DNA of 64,000 bases, from assembly GCF_009914755.1 (NCBI RefSeq), contig NC_060928.1. The stretch is one strand, 5' to 3'. Positions 19,024 to 36,392 of this stretch are shown here, piece after piece; within the stretch, counting starts at the first letter, position 1; each line of letters begins with the position of its first letter. The notes beneath the pieces are model-generated. The model saw only the letters and a list, made by a program, of their open reading frames with translations, had not been told where the DNA came from and searched no databases. Source of the stretch: the human T2T-CHM13v2.0 reference genome, Homo sapiens. The translations under genes were made by a program, and so were the position numbers.

Positions 19024-19299
19024 GTACTTGAAGTTTATTGAGTTGCCCTTGACTCAGAGAAAGTTTTGTCAAACATGTCAGCAGTTGTTGTTACCAGATG
19101 ACTGGGGGCAACATAGTGAGCATCAGGTTCTGGGTAATGTGTCCATTACCCAGTTAAGAAGGCCCAGTCAACTCCTTTATCCACTGGAAAACAAGAAGAC
19201 AAATGCCCAGTATCTGTTTGCTGATCGGAGCTGTCAGTTCTTGGTAGACTTACTTTCTGCCCTCGGATTCAGAAGAGTACTGTGTGTTGGAACACCAAG
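19024..19299 (+). CDS. ZCCHC4: ZCCHC4 exon 4: C2H2-type zinc region and start of methyltransferase domain ([18 protein letters not shown]...VLCVGTP)
   Basis: tgaag| acceptor, |gtatgt donor; 276 nt, phase 2-2; coincides with ORF 19028..19312. Confidence 0.96.
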
Positions 19300-19748
19300 G
19301 TATGTCATGTGATTTTTTAAAGAATTATCTTCTCACCACTATTGAAACTGTATGAAGATTTTATTAAGTAGTTACTTACTCTGTGCAAGGTATAGCATGA
19401 AGCTTTGAGTATTTAAAATGTAAAGCACAGTCCCTCTCTTAAGGAGTTTGCAACCTGTATTCCATTTGAGAAAAATCTTCATAGATTTCTTTCTGATGCA
19501 TGAGAGAAGATTCTTTCTGATTTAACTGCTAAATTGTTTATAATTTTAGACCTCTCTGTTTCAGATAAGTTCTGCTCTTAAAAAATATTTGCAAAATTGA
19601 AACCTTGATTATACCTGCCAAATTCTCTTCAGTGTTTCATTGAAATATCATAAATACCAGAAGAACATTGATGGTTTTGTTGTTTGTTTGTTTATTGTCT
19701 ATGACATTTGTAATATCTTATTACATTTGCTTTCACTAATTGCTTTAG

Positions 19749-19829
19749 GTTGCATGAGCTGATCAAGTTGACAGCATCAGGTGACAAGAAGTCTAACATT
19801 AAAAGCCTTTTATTGGATATTGATTTTCG
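19749..19829 (+). CDS. ZCCHC4: ZCCHC4 exon 5 (LHELIKLTASGDKKSNIKSLLLDIDF)
   Basis: ctttag| acceptor, |gtaggt donor; 81 nt, frame continuous; contains the LLDID acidic strand typical of Rossmann-fold SAM binding. Confidence 0.95.
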
Positions 19830-20679
19830 GTAGGTTTACAAAATACAGTATTTCCTTTCATTGTCTCCTGTTTCTTTTTAATGTTTTTCTGTTTTTAATT
19901 GTTTATACTCTGTTACAACTCTTTAGTTTACATCTAGAAGTAGTAATTTGTTATGAGGAAACTTTTTAGTCGAATAAATTCAACATGTAATCTGTATTTC
20001 AAACAGGGAGGCAGTTGATTTCTCCTTTTGCTGGTGGGCTTCCTAGATTTTCTCTGTGAATGTGGCTAGTTCGTCTTTGGCTTATAATCTACAGATGAAT
20101 CTCTATTGAGTGAGGTTTCTTCTCATATATTATGTTCAAAGATAATTCTAAACTGCCTCATACTTAATCAGACTTCCAGGATTTTGTTTCATTAGATCTT
20201 TGAAGTGTGAGAACTCAGACATTTCTTTTAGTATATTTTACTGGATGTTGTACATATTGTCTTTCACTGAACATAGCCTGGAGTGAAGGGAGTGCTAAGT
20301 AGGGGATAGACAGGTCCCAAAGCAGAGGAGTAGCCGACAGATAGACTTTGTGAGAGGGTCAGAATTAAATGGCATCTGATGATTTCTGAGTTGATGACAC
20401 AGAGGGAGGAACACATCTTGAATCTCCCCTCTGGTGGTAGTTTTGAAGATACCTTTAACTTATAACATGGATGGTAAATACATTGTCCACTGTGTCTATA
20501 ATTCTGTACATTTGAAGTACTCTTCTCAGTTTCTGTAATTGTTTAATACCAGGAGTTCATGTAGAATTTATAAGATACTATGTTCTTAGTATTTTTAATG
20601 TGTTCTTGAAGGTGTTGAAGGAATCAGGCTTTGTGTTTCCTTTTATTTAGATCTGCTTCCTAAAAACAAAGAAGACAGA

Positions 20680-24236
<3,557 letters not shown>

Positions 24237-24744
24237 ATTTCTTTTTTTAAAATTGAGATATATTTTACATACATAAAACAGTAGTTTTCAGTATATTCAC
24301 ATGGTTGCGTAGCCATCACCGCTATCTAATTCCACAACATTTTCATCACCTTCAGAAGAAGCACTCTCCCTGTGAGCAGTCCCTCCCCATTTACCATGCC
24401 CCCAGCCTTTGACAACCATGAATCTACTTTCTATCTTTATGGATATGCTTTGCCTATTCTAGATATTTTTTATATAAGTGGAATAATACTCTGTGTGGCC
24501 TTTTGTGTCAGACTTCTTTCACTTAGCATAAAGTTTTTGAGGTTCACCCATGTGGTAGCATGTGTCAGTACTTCATTCCTTTTTTTGGCTGAATAATATT
24601 CTACTATACGGATATACCAAATTTTGTTTATCTTTTCATCTGTTGATGGACACTTGAGTTGCTTCCACTTTTTGGCTATTATGAATAATACTGCTATGAA
24701 CATTTGTGTACAAATTCCATGTGAACATAGGTTTTCAGATCTCT

Positions 24745-25143
24745 TGGGTATTAGTTTGTTAGGGCTGCCGTAACAAAATACCACAGACTATGTGGCTTAA
24801 ACAACAGAAATTTATTCTCTCACAGTTCTGGAGGCTGGAAGTCCAAGATCAAGGTTTTAGCAGGTTTGGTTTCTCCTGAGGCCTCTCTCTGTGGCATGCA
24901 GATGGTCACTGTCTCCTCATAAGTTCTTCTCTTTGTGTGCGTATCCCTGGCGTTTCTTACTATGTCCAAATTTCCTCTTCTTTTAAGGATACCAGTCAGA
25001 TTGGAGTAAGGCTCACACTAATGGCCTCATTGTAACTTAATTACCTCTTTAAAGGCTCTGTCTCCAAATAGCCACATTCTGAAGTACTGGTGATTAGGGC
25101 TTCAACATAAGGATTTTGGGGGTGAAACAGTTCAGCCCTTATA
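24745..25143 (-). mobile_element. MaLR LTR (MLT1B/C-like) inserted in L1
   Basis: ggcttaaacaacagaaatttattctctcacagttctggaggctggaagtccaagatcaagg signature; L1 sequence resumes after it. Confidence 0.8.
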
Positions 25144-25714
25144 CCTAGAAGTGGAATTGCTAGGTCATGTGGTAACTATGTTTACCTTCCTGGGGAACAG
25201 CCAAACTATTTTCCAAAGTGGCTGCATCATATTTTATTCTCACCAGGAATATATGAGGTTTCTAATTTCTCCATGTCCTTGCCAATGTTTATTATCATCT
25301 GTCTTTTTGAAGTGGTATCTCCTTGAGGTTTTGTTTTGTATTCCATGATGGCTAGTAATGTTAAGCATCTTTTCATGTGCTTATAGGCCATTTGTTTATC
25401 TTATTGGAGAAATATCAATCCTTTGCCCAGTTTTTAATTAGTTATTTGTATTTTTGTTGAATTGTGAAAGTTCTTAATATATTCTGGATACTAGACCCTT
25501 ATCAGATATATGATTTGCTAATATTTTCTCTCATCTTGTGGATTGTCTTTTCACTTGTGATGAAGTCCAGTTTTTCTTTTTTCTTCAGTTGCTTGTGTGT
25601 TAGGTGTCATATCTAAGAAAGTCTTGCCTAATCCAATGAGTGTCTATACCCATGTTTTCATCAAAGAGTTTTATAATTTTTGCTTTTACACTTAGGTCTT
25701 TAATCTATTTTGAG

Positions 25715-26008
25715 ATTTTTTTTTTTTTTTGAGACGGAGTCTTGCTGTCACCCAGGCTGGAGTGCAGTGGCACATCTTGGCTCACTGCAACCTCCGCCTC
25801 CCAGCTTTGCACCATTCTCCTGCCTCAGCCTCCTGAGTAGCTGGAACTACAGGCGCCTGCCACCACGCCTGGCTAATTTTTTATATTTTTAGTAGAGATG
25901 AGCTTTCACCGTGTTAGCCAGGATGGTCTCGATCTCCTGACCTCGTGATCCACCCGCCTCGGCCTCCCAAAGTGCTGGGATTAAAGGCATGAGCCACCGT
26001 GCCTGGCC
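25715..26008 (-). mobile_element. AluY-like
   Basis: ccgtgttagccaggatggtctcgatctcctgacctcgtgatcc diagnostic. Confidence 0.88.
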
Positions 26009-26672
26009 TGCTAATTTTTATTTATTGTATGAGGTAGGGGTCTAACTGCTTGCATGTAGATGACTAGTTGCTCTAGCACCGTTTATTGAAAAGACTGTTC
26101 TTTTCCCATTGAATTGTCTTGGTACCACAATGAAAACAAAAGGACCACAAATATATAGGTTTATTTATGGACTTTAAATTCTGTTCCATTGATCTATGCC
26201 CATCCCTATGCCACTCTTACACAGTCATGATTACTGTTGCTGTATGGTAAATTTTGAAAATGGGAAGTATGAGTCTTCCTATTTTGTTCTTTTTCAAGAT
26301 TGTTTTGGCTGTTCTGGGTGTCTTGCGTTTCCATATGAATGTTAGGATCAGCTTGTCAATTTCTACAAAAAAAGCCAGCTGAGATTTTTAAAGGGATTGC
26401 ATTGAATTTGTAGATTAATTTGGGGAATATTGCCATCTTAATATTAAGTTGTCCAGTCCATGAACATGAGATGTCCTTCCATTTCTTTAGATCTTCAATT
26501 TCTTTAAATGATATTTTGTAGTTTTCAGTATGTAAGTTTTGTGCTTCTTTTATTAAATTTATCTCTAGATGTTTTATTATTTTTGGTGCTATTATAATTT
26601 AAATGGTTTTCTGAATTTTATTTTGTGGTGTTAATAGTACTCTGATTTACTTTAAAAAATTTTTCAAAAATA

Positions 26673-27577
26673 CAGTTAACCCTTGAATAACATGGTTTTG
26701 GACTGCTCGGGTTCACTTACAAGTGGATTTTCTTGTGCCTCTGCCACCGCTCCTCTTCTTCCTCCTCCTAAGTCTGCTCATTATGAAGATGAAGACCTTT
26801 ACGGTGACCCACTTCCACTTAATGGATATTAAATAATATCGTCTCTTCCTTATGATTTTTTTTAATAGAAACGGGACTTGCTGGCTGGCCAGGTTGGTCT
26901 TGAACTCCTGACCTCAAGCAATCTTCCCACCTCGACCTCCCAAATGACTTTCTTAATAACATTTTCTTTTCTCTAGCTAACTTTATAGTAAAAATGCTGT
27001 ATATAAAACATACACAAAATATGTGTTAATTGACTGTTATCTGTAAGGCATCCAGTCATCGTAGGCTATTAGTAGTTAAGTTTTTGTGGAGTTGATATGG
27101 TTTGGAGTTGATATCTCATGTTGAAGTGTGATTTCCAGTGTTGGAGGTGGGCCTAGTGGGAGGTGTTTGAATCATGGGGTTGATTCCCCATAAATGGCTT
27201 GATGCTGTCTTTGTGATAATAGAGGTAATAAGTGAGTTCTCATTTTATTAGTTCATGCAAGAGCTGGTTGTTTAAAGAGCTTGGCACCTGCTCCTCTCTT
27301 TCTTGCTCCTTCTCTTGCTGTATATGACATGCCTGCTCCCCTTTCCTTTCCACCATAAGTAAAAACTTCCTAAGGCCTCACCAGAAGCCCAGCAGATGCT
27401 GGTGGTATGCTTGTACAGCCTGCAGAACTGTGATCCAAATAAACCTCTTTTCTTTATAAATTACCCAATCTCAGGTATTCTTTTATAGCAATGCAAAATG
27501 GACTGACACAGAAGGTAAAAGTTGTATTTGGATTTTCTACTGCGCCCCTAACCTCTGTGTTGTTCAAAGGTCAACTG
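26673..27577 (+). mobile_element. Tigger2a-like DNA transposon interrupted by an Alu monomer fragment and an MST LTR
   Basis: TIRs cagttaacccttgaataaca / tgttgttcaaaggtcaactg with TA on both sides. Confidence 0.85.
27093..27510 (+). mobile_element. MaLR LTR (MSTB-like) inserted in Tigger2a
   Basis: tgatatggtttgg start; aataaacctcttttctttataaattacccaatctcaggtatt...gactgacaca end. Confidence 0.8.
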
Positions 27578-30105
27578 TACATATAACATTTACCATAGTA
27601 GCCATCTTTAGATATACAACTTAGTAGTGTTAAGTAAATTCACGTTGTTTGTAACTGATCTCCAGAACTCTTCATCTTGCCTGATTTAATTTGAAAGATT
27701 TATATGGCCCCTTAGCTATTTCACCTTTAATTCCATGCCTTTTAGTTTTCCTTTTCTTGCACCTGTAGTTGTAATATCCTGGTCAGAGTAGGGGTTAGGG
27801 GATGTGGATAAAGTTATTTTATAATGTATGGAATATATTGATACTTTTTTTTCATGCTTATAAACTTTTGTGTGTGCCTTGCAAACAAAAACTGATGGTG
27901 TTTTATTGGGGATATCACAGTTCAGTTTTTTTGATAACGTAGTCTGTTATTGAGTCAGTTCTGTAGAGGTCAACAATAGTTCTTAAGAGAGAGCTGGTTT
28001 ATTGAGACACATAAGTTGCTGGAATGCTCTGAGGCTGGTTACCTGTATTTACAGCATGACGGAGTGTGTGGTTGGTTCAGATTTCTCATAAAGACCACAG
28101 TTAAATCAGAAAAAAAATTCTGCATAGTATAGAGTGACAGTGAGTAGTTTTTTGGCACTTTGACTTTGGTTTTTTGGTGCCTTACAACAGGTTTATCCAA
28201 GGTTGGAGAACAGCCTCAAACTCCAGTGTTCTCTATAAATGTGCTATAAATATATTTTTTAGGGGGTAGGAGGTACGAAGTTCACATTTGCTAAGATGGA
28301 TTTCTATATGCTTAATTTTAGCATGAAAGATGTGAAACTCTATTTGGCAAACTATTATCCAAATAAAGTTATGTCAAAAAATGAATTTCTTAGGTTCATT
28401 TCATGAACTAATTTTATTCAGCTCTTGATTACATTTCCTGTGTGTAGAGCATGTTTCACACTTGGTAACTGACTCTCATTTAAAGAGAATGAATGGCCAG
28501 ATGAATGTCCTTTTGAGCATTTTTCAAGTGCATGCATTTCTGATTGGTTTTGTTTGCCTTATTCAATGGAGAGAATAATTCTTTGTGGCCAATTTCATTT
28601 TAAGAGGGCAATGTTGAGTGATTTTTCATAATTTAAAATATGAATAATTATGCTCTCAAATTATGTATTTGATGGAAACTTAGAACTGAAATCTTGGCTT
28701 TTCTTTCTCTATTCCTCTGCACACTGCTGCCCAGAATGTTTTGGACAGGTGTGCTGTGCTGAGTTTCATGTAAATCAAATTTCCTTTTTCTAATTTTTAA
28801 AAATGACTGTTGTATCTTTGTGAAGGAATGACAACAATAGGGATTATGTTAAAAAGGGATTGTATTTTCCTTTGGTCGTACTTATAAAGCAGTGCAAGAG
28901 AGAAGAAAACCCTCAAATGATATCATGTTTACACATGGTTGTACTAGTACTAATACACTTTTTTTAAAGGCAGTTATGTGAAATTTAGTTAAATAGGAAG
29001 ACATATTTGTTTAATGGTCATTTGACATTGCCTACAGTCAATTTTTGGAAAGTTCATTAGGTTACGGTATATAGTTTAAATATTTTCCAGTTATCTAAAC
29101 CTTTTATTTCTTCAGTGCAAATTTATATTTTAGGAAATGTGCTAACAGTGTCTTAAATGACATTAAAGGATATTGTACCGAGAATGGTTGGCAGCTCTTT
29201 GTCCATCTCCACAGAACAAGAATAAATAGGCTTAGATTATTTCTGGTGAACATAAACATAATTCCCTAATATGAGAGGCATTAAGACATAAATATTTACG
29301 CTGCTAATTATTAAAATAACAGTAACAGTACTTAACATTTTAGTATATGCTATGTAGCTGGCATTGTATTAAGTACTTTACATACATCATCTTATTGTTA
29401 TCCAGTCCTATGTGGTAGAAATTATTACTTTTACCATTTTACGGATGAAGAAACTGAGGCTCAGAAAGGTTAAGTAACTTACTAAGGATACCCAGCTAGT
29501 AAGCGAGAGACACATAGTTTGAAACCAGACCGTCTGACTATAGAGCCTCTGCTCTTAACCACAGTTAATGGGAAGAGGATAAACCAGTGCTGTCCCTTAC
29601 ATTAAATATTCACCATGGATGCTCAATCAGTTACAGACAGTAATGGGTAACTGAGTAGAAATACAAGCAAAGAAGTTGACAGTGTCATGACTTGGTTCAA
29701 GAAGTCATAATAAGTAAGGATGTGTCTCAGATTTTTTTTCAGTCTTTTTACCAGGTTACAAATTCCCAAGGATGATGTGAGTCATATGTAAATTATGTGT
29801 AATAAAATAGTTGGAGTTCAAAATCCTATTGAGATAACAAAAAGGTTTCTATATTATATGGAAAACTGAGAAATCAGCAACGCAGACATTAAGACCCAGA
29901 TACATAAATGGGGAAAACATATGGACAGACGGTACAAATACAGTTAAGAAATATAGAAAGTTCCACCTTATAAGTAGTCAAATGCAGATTTAAGTCATAA
30001 TGTGATATGAGTTTTTCCTAGTAAATTAGCAGGAATTTATAAAATGTTAATACCCAAAGGTGGTACTCTCATGCACTGCCAATGGCTTTTTAAAATACTG
30101 TGTTA

Positions 30106-30483
30106 CCATGGAATACTATGCAGCCATAAAAAATGATGAGTTCATGTCCTTTGTAGGGACATGGATGAAATTGGAAATCATTCTCAGTAAACTATCGCAA
30201 GGACAAAAAACCAAACACCGCATGTTCTCACTCATAGGTGGGAATTGAACAATGAGAACACATGGACACAGGAAGGGGAACATCACACTCTGGGGACTGT
30301 TGTGGGGTGGGGGGAGGGGGGAGGGATAGCATTAGGAGATATACCTAATGCTAAATGATGAGTTAATGGGTACAGCACACCAGCATGGCACATGTATACA
30401 TATGTAACTAACCTGCACATTGTGCACATGTACCCTAAAACTTAAAGTATAATAATAATAAAATAAAATAAATAAAATAAAAT
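30106..30483 (+). mobile_element. Young 5'-truncated L1 3' end (L1PA2/PA3-like)
   Basis: L1 ORF2 C-terminus (MEYYAAIKNDEFMSFVGTWMKLE), G-rich 3' UTR tract, (TAAAA)n tail; TSD aaaatactgtgtta / aaaacactgtgtta. Confidence 0.92.
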
Positions 30484-30647
30484 AAAACACTGTGTTAGCA
30501 AAACAAAATAATTCAATCAGTAAATAAATATTCCTCTTTCCTGGCACTGATTTAGTAAATATGAAATGCATATACTTTCTCTATTATATTGAAAAGCATA
30601 TTTTATTAAGCTAGCCTGCGTTAGACAAAAAAAAAAATTTGTATTAC

Positions 30648-30943
30648 TTTTTTTTTTTTTTGAGACAAGGTCTGGCTATAGCGTCCCGGCTGGAGTATAG
30701 TGGTGTGATCTTGGCTCACTGCATCCTCCGCCTCCTGGGCTCAAGCCATCCTAACACCTCAGCCTTCATAGTAGCTGGGACCATAGGCATGCATCACCAC
30801 GCCTGGCTAATTTTTGTATTTTTTGTAGAGGCAGGATTTTGCCATGTTGCCCAGGTTGGTCTCAAACTCGTTAGCTCAAGCAATCTGCCTGCCTCAGCCT
30901 CCCAAAGTGCTAGAATTACAGGTGTGAGCCACTGTGCCCGGCC
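30648..30943 (-). mobile_element. Alu (J-like)
   Basis: tgtatta flanks both ends. Confidence 0.85.
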
Positions 30944-31388
30944 TGTATTAAATACTTAAAAAAAAATCAGCTACAGAAGAAAATAAATGAACAGCTGTCA
31001 AGCAGAAATGTTGATTTAGTATTCTCCTTAAAATTATTAACCATGAGGGATGTATCTTAATTGCCAACCCATTGCAAGCTTAAATTGCATAATCATCTGT
31101 CAGTAACCTGATTGTTTATGTATAACCTCCTGGTACATAGGAACATGTGTGTTTTATATATGAGTATTCTTTGGTTTTACTACTGGTTAATTAAACATGG
31201 GAAAATCACTTAAGTTTGTTATTTATTCACTGTTACAGATTCCCTGAAATTTTTGCAAATTATTCTTTATTTCAAAAAACTAAAAAATGAAATTTTTTAA
31301 AGGTGTGATTTTATTGTTTTAAAATTTAGTTTATATTTGTCTACTCTATAGCTGTGACTGGGCAAATAACTCTGTAATTATTTTACAG

Positions 31389-31461
31389 GTATTCACAGTT
31401 TTATATGGAAGATAGCTTTTGCCATTATAATATGTTTAACCATCATTTCTTTGATGGAAAG
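31389..31461 (+). CDS. ZCCHC4: ZCCHC4 exon 6 ([24 protein letters not shown])
   Basis: ttttacag| acceptor, |gtaaga donor; 73 nt, frame continuous. Confidence 0.95.
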
Positions 31462-34263
31462 GTAAGAGCTGTGACCATTATCTCATTGTTCTCTTATTGT
31501 GGAATAACAGATTTCAGAGTGCCTCCTTTGTTCTTTTTCTAAATTCCCTCAAGGTCAAATTGTGGCTGTTCTACCATTTACTGATATTTATTTTTGTTCT
31601 TTCACTGTTTATTGAGCACCTAGAGGTGATTTTATTATTCCCTTGTTAAGACTTCTCACTACTTTTTGGATGAAGGCCCACATTCTTAGAAGGCCCGTGG
31701 GGCTCTGTGTGATCTGACCCCGATTTCCACTCTAGCCTCCCCTCTCCCTGTTTCCCCTTTGCTGTCTGTGCTCAGGGCACAGGGCTTTCATCTGGAACTG
31801 GTCAGACGCCTTTCCACCGCAGGGAAGGTCCATGCTGTTCCTGCTGGTTTCTGCTGTCTTTTGCCTTGATAACCTCCACTCATGTTTTAGAACTTTGTTC
31901 CAAATCACTTCTTCCAGCCTCCCCCGACCCCTACTCCCCAAAGGGTCAAGTTTTCCTTTGTAGACTTACCACACTGTAATTAAATGCATGTGTCAGGGCT
32001 GGGAGTGTACGGAAAATCTCTATTCCTTCCTCTCACTTTTTCTGTGAACCTCAAACTGCTCTAAAAAATAAAAGTTCTTTAAAAAAAAAAAGGACTGCAG
32101 TTTAAAAAAGCTTCTTTCAATTTGAGGTTAATAATGTCACTGAGAATAAACAGCATAGTAGAGCTGATACATTTAGTTTAAGCTCTTTGTCAGGCCTATT
32201 ATAAAATAAAATCTGTAACCAACCAAGTAATCACGCTGGCCAAAAATATTGTGAAATTATCAAGACACCTTGAAGCATACCCATAAATATATGCATATAT
32301 ATCAATTTTGTAAAAATTCTGAACCATGCTTACTATGTATTGTGCTTTGAGATATTAACTAATGATAGGAGGATGAAAACCAAGCAAGACTTTAAAAGTC
32401 AGCGTTCAGGAAATGAAAACAAATGTTAAATTGTTGGTTGGGATTGAAAAATGAGTCCCCTGATTTAGTAAGTATAGCACTCCTTCCATTTGAATCAATT
32501 TAGCATTGGGATATATATTAATATTTTTCAGCTGTGAAGCCATTAAAACAAGGTATTGAAATAAACAGCAGTTATAATTAGATGTATTTCAGCTGTTTCC
32601 CAAAGCGTTTATGTGGTTGCTAATCACTAAGAATTGAGAACTGTTGAGGTGAATGTGAAGGAAAATGGGAGTTGAAAGTCACTTGCCAGTGGATGATGAG
32701 GGGCTTCGCAGCTGGGACAGTGGCAGTGAGAAAAGGAGAGAAAAGAACTGGGTTGTCTAGGCATTCACGGAAGCAGTGAGAAGACTGTACTGAGGGAGAA
32801 GTCCAAGCTGACTTGGTAGAATGGCCTGGATTTGTATTTTTTCTTCTAACAGAGGGAAGTGAAGTTTGGAAAGGTTGAGTTTGTGGGGTTGGTAGGATAT
32901 TGATGTAGGGGTGTCCCCCTTGAAACCACAGGACCTTGATGTCAGGTGGAGTCAGGGCTGTGTCGTAGTAAATGAGGAAGTAATCGAGTTTGAATCACTT
33001 CTTGATCCTACACTAGTGAGTTAGGGTTTTCTTGTTTTTTGTCTGTTTTAATACCATACTATGGTTTTGCTTTTTATTTTGAACAATGAAGACAAAATAA
33101 GGATAAAATTAAATACCTAAAGGTTGGCTAGCAATTTTTTATATTTTTAAAGAGTAACAGGTAATTAGCCTTTTTTTCGAAACTCTTTGTAGCTTATAGA
33201 AAGTGTACAGCATTACCTTATAAGTTTCTACAATAATGGTTGGAATAAGCTGCCAAGATTGAGCCCCACTTTATCTTCCCTGAAGAAAAGAGTCGTCCAG
33301 CTCAGGCTTTCCTTACTCTATATTTCAGCAGCAGCCTCTAAATAGCACTGCAGCTGTAGAGATTGATCTGCAGAAACCCATTGTTTTAATGATTTTACTA
33401 TCTGCCCTTTTTCTACCTACTCCCAGAGTCAAGTTTTTCAGTAGAGATTTACCATCCACTAATCAATCACTAAGTATTTAAGTGTCGGCTCAGTGCCTTT
33501 GAGGCTGTCCAGGGTGCTTAGGAGAATAGAATACTCTGCTAGTGCACCTCAGCACTTTACAGTCCACTAGATTCAAAAGCTGGAGTTCCCTGCATAGGAT
33601 TTCTCATTGCAAATCATAGAGTCTTTAAAAAAATGTCATCTGCCTTAATGGCAAAGTCAGTTAAAGTATGTAGAGAGGATGGCTAATTAAATTGCCGGGC
33701 ACTTTTTAAATGATAACTGAGATAAAGGAAAGAGTCAAATTACTGTCAACATTGTAAGCAAGTATCTATTTCCCACAGGAGATCAACATTAAGACCATCA
33801 GCAGCTTGTGTTTGGCTATGATGCCATTGATTCTTACCTGGAAAAAAAAATCCTTTAAAAATATTTTTAAAGTTAGGTTAGGAGTTAGACATCATTTACT
33901 TGTATAATTTCTTTTTTCTACTTTTAACTCTAAGGAGTTTGAAGATTTCAATATCATCATCTGTGCTTTCAGTCCTTGTTCTTGTAAGCAGGTTAAGGAA
34001 GTGCCAGACAGCACTTGAAAAATGATTAACCTTCTTGACAAGTCATCCTCTGCTGTAGGAGTTCCAGTAGGAAATTAATGAAGACTCTCCTAGGGAGAAA
34101 GGTTTTCCTCTTATCAGTGGGATCTTCTAAATTGATTTCGCGGTAGAACAAAATATATTTTATTATAAAATACATATAGGCTTGTTAAAGTTTAAAATGC
34201 CATTCAATTTTAAAATCTCATGTCATTTTGTATACTGTGTTGACTTATTTTTGTAGATGAGTA

Positions 34264-34599
34264 CAGTCAGCTCTCCCCACTTGTGGGTTCTGCATCTGTG
34301 GATTCAACCAACTGGAGATCAAAAATATTTAGGAAAAAAAGGATGGTGGTGACTGTACTGAGCATGTACACTTTTTTCTTGTCATTATTCCCTAAACCAT
34401 AGAGTCTAAGAACTATTTATGTATCATTTACGTTGTATTAGGTATTATAAGTAACCTAGAGATTATTTAAACTATATAGGAGGATGTGCATAGGTTATGT
34501 GCAATACTACAACATTTTATATCAGGGACTCTAGCACCTGCAGATTTTGGTATATGCAGGGGTCCTGGAACCAATCCCTCAGGGATACTGAGGGGACTG
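34264..34599 (-). mobile_element. MER2 (Tigger-family MITE)
   Basis: cagtc...gactg termini flanked by TA; gtggattcaaccaac and ggtcctggaaccaatccc motifs. Confidence 0.8.
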
Positions 34600-35332
34600 T
34601 ACTTGAAAGCTACTTGCAAGTCAGTTGAGTGGAGATACTGTTATATGGTATCTCTTAATAACTTCACTTATAGCAAAAACCATTAAATGTCCCTGTTAAT
34701 GTTTACTTTGCAATTACTAAAAAAGCTTAAATTAACCTTTGGGAAAATGTGTTAATAGCATGGTTTCATGGACCAGATGCGCTTTGTCGTTTGTGAACTT
34801 TCATTTTTTATTTACTTACAGTGCATGTTCAAATATGTCTGCCTGATACTCAAAAACATATGCATGTTTAACTGCTAATTTGTAGCTGTTATTAAACTGA
34901 ACTCATGGCATTGGACAAACCAGATAGGAAAACAATGTTTTCTTCGTCTTTGTGTGCCCAGTGCTTAGCACCATCCTGGCTTCTGTTTGTTAAATTGAAT
35001 TTAACATTTTAGATAGTTTTCATGGGTAATGAGTTTCTTTTAGGACATTAAATTTAGCCTTTTAATTTAACCATTTGAAATGTGTAGTCTTCTGATAGTG
35101 ATGGTGTTTGAATTTGCAATTTTAAAAACCTGCTTATCAAAGAACCCAAAGATAAAATCTCATAGGAGCAAAGAGAGGCTTCAGAATGTCACTGAGGAAT
35201 GCTGCGGTGGCAAGATGACTTGGTAAAGTTTCCAGTATTAAGAGAGAGACTGAGTCTAATGCATTCTCCTCCAAATAGGATGAAGTGCCTCTCTCTAGTC
35301 CTAATTTAGAAATGAATTTTTATTTGTTCCAG

Positions 35333-35483
35333 ACTGCCCTTGAAGTATGCAGAGCATTTTTACAGGAAGATAAAGGCGAAGGAATCATTATGGTGACGGA
35401 TCCTCCGTTTGGTGGCTTGGTTGAACCTCTGGCTATTACATTCAAGAAGTTAATTGCTATGTGGAAAGAAGGTCAAAGCCAAG
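35333..35483 (+). CDS. ZCCHC4: ZCCHC4 exon 7 with catalytic DPPF motif (35399..35410)
   Basis: ttccag| acceptor, |gtgtat donor; 151 nt; [33 protein letters not shown]... carries the (D/N)PP(Y/F/W) N6-adenine methyltransferase motif IV. Confidence 0.97.
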
Positions 35484-36059
35484 GTGTATAATTTATTACT
35501 GCAAAATAAATACATATCTATATATCTACTTCCTGTCAAATATTAGCTGAGCTCAGTGAATCAGAGCAGTGATAGAATATACATGTCTTGAGTTCTCTTT
35601 TTAAAAACAGGCTTATTTGATGTTGCAGCAAACTTCATTATCATGATATACTTTGTATTATTCTAATCATGTGGATTTTTTTAATGGCTTATAGGTAAAA
35701 TACTATGTTTTTGATGGGGATAATGGGACATTATGCAGAACAGCAGTGAACTGCTGTCATTCTATTCAGTAAATATTTACCGAGTGGCCACTGTGTGCCA
35801 GGCACTGTTTAGGTACTAGGAATAGATTTTTGAACAAAGCCGACACATACCTCTGCCCTGTGGATCATACATTCCCTGTTCCTAAAGCCTGGCCCAGAAC
35901 ACTAAGAGGGCACTCAACCTGAGGTCCAGGGCTCTACGCTTTGCCAGGATATGAGTTTGGAGGTTAGACATCCCATAGGCTGATTGTGGTTATCAGTGAC
36001 ACAGATTCCCAGCCCTATAGGTAGGCTAGTGGCTGGGGGTTATTATTCAGTTTAAGTGA

Positions 36060-36392
<333 letters not shown>

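Larger units (their letters stand above)
24245..26640 (-). mobile_element. Old L1M fragment interrupted by MLT1 and an Alu
   Basis: Minus-strand ORF 24470..24784 (CTQMFIAVLFIIAKKWKQLKCPS) resembles the L1 ORF2 C-terminus. Confidence 0.8.
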
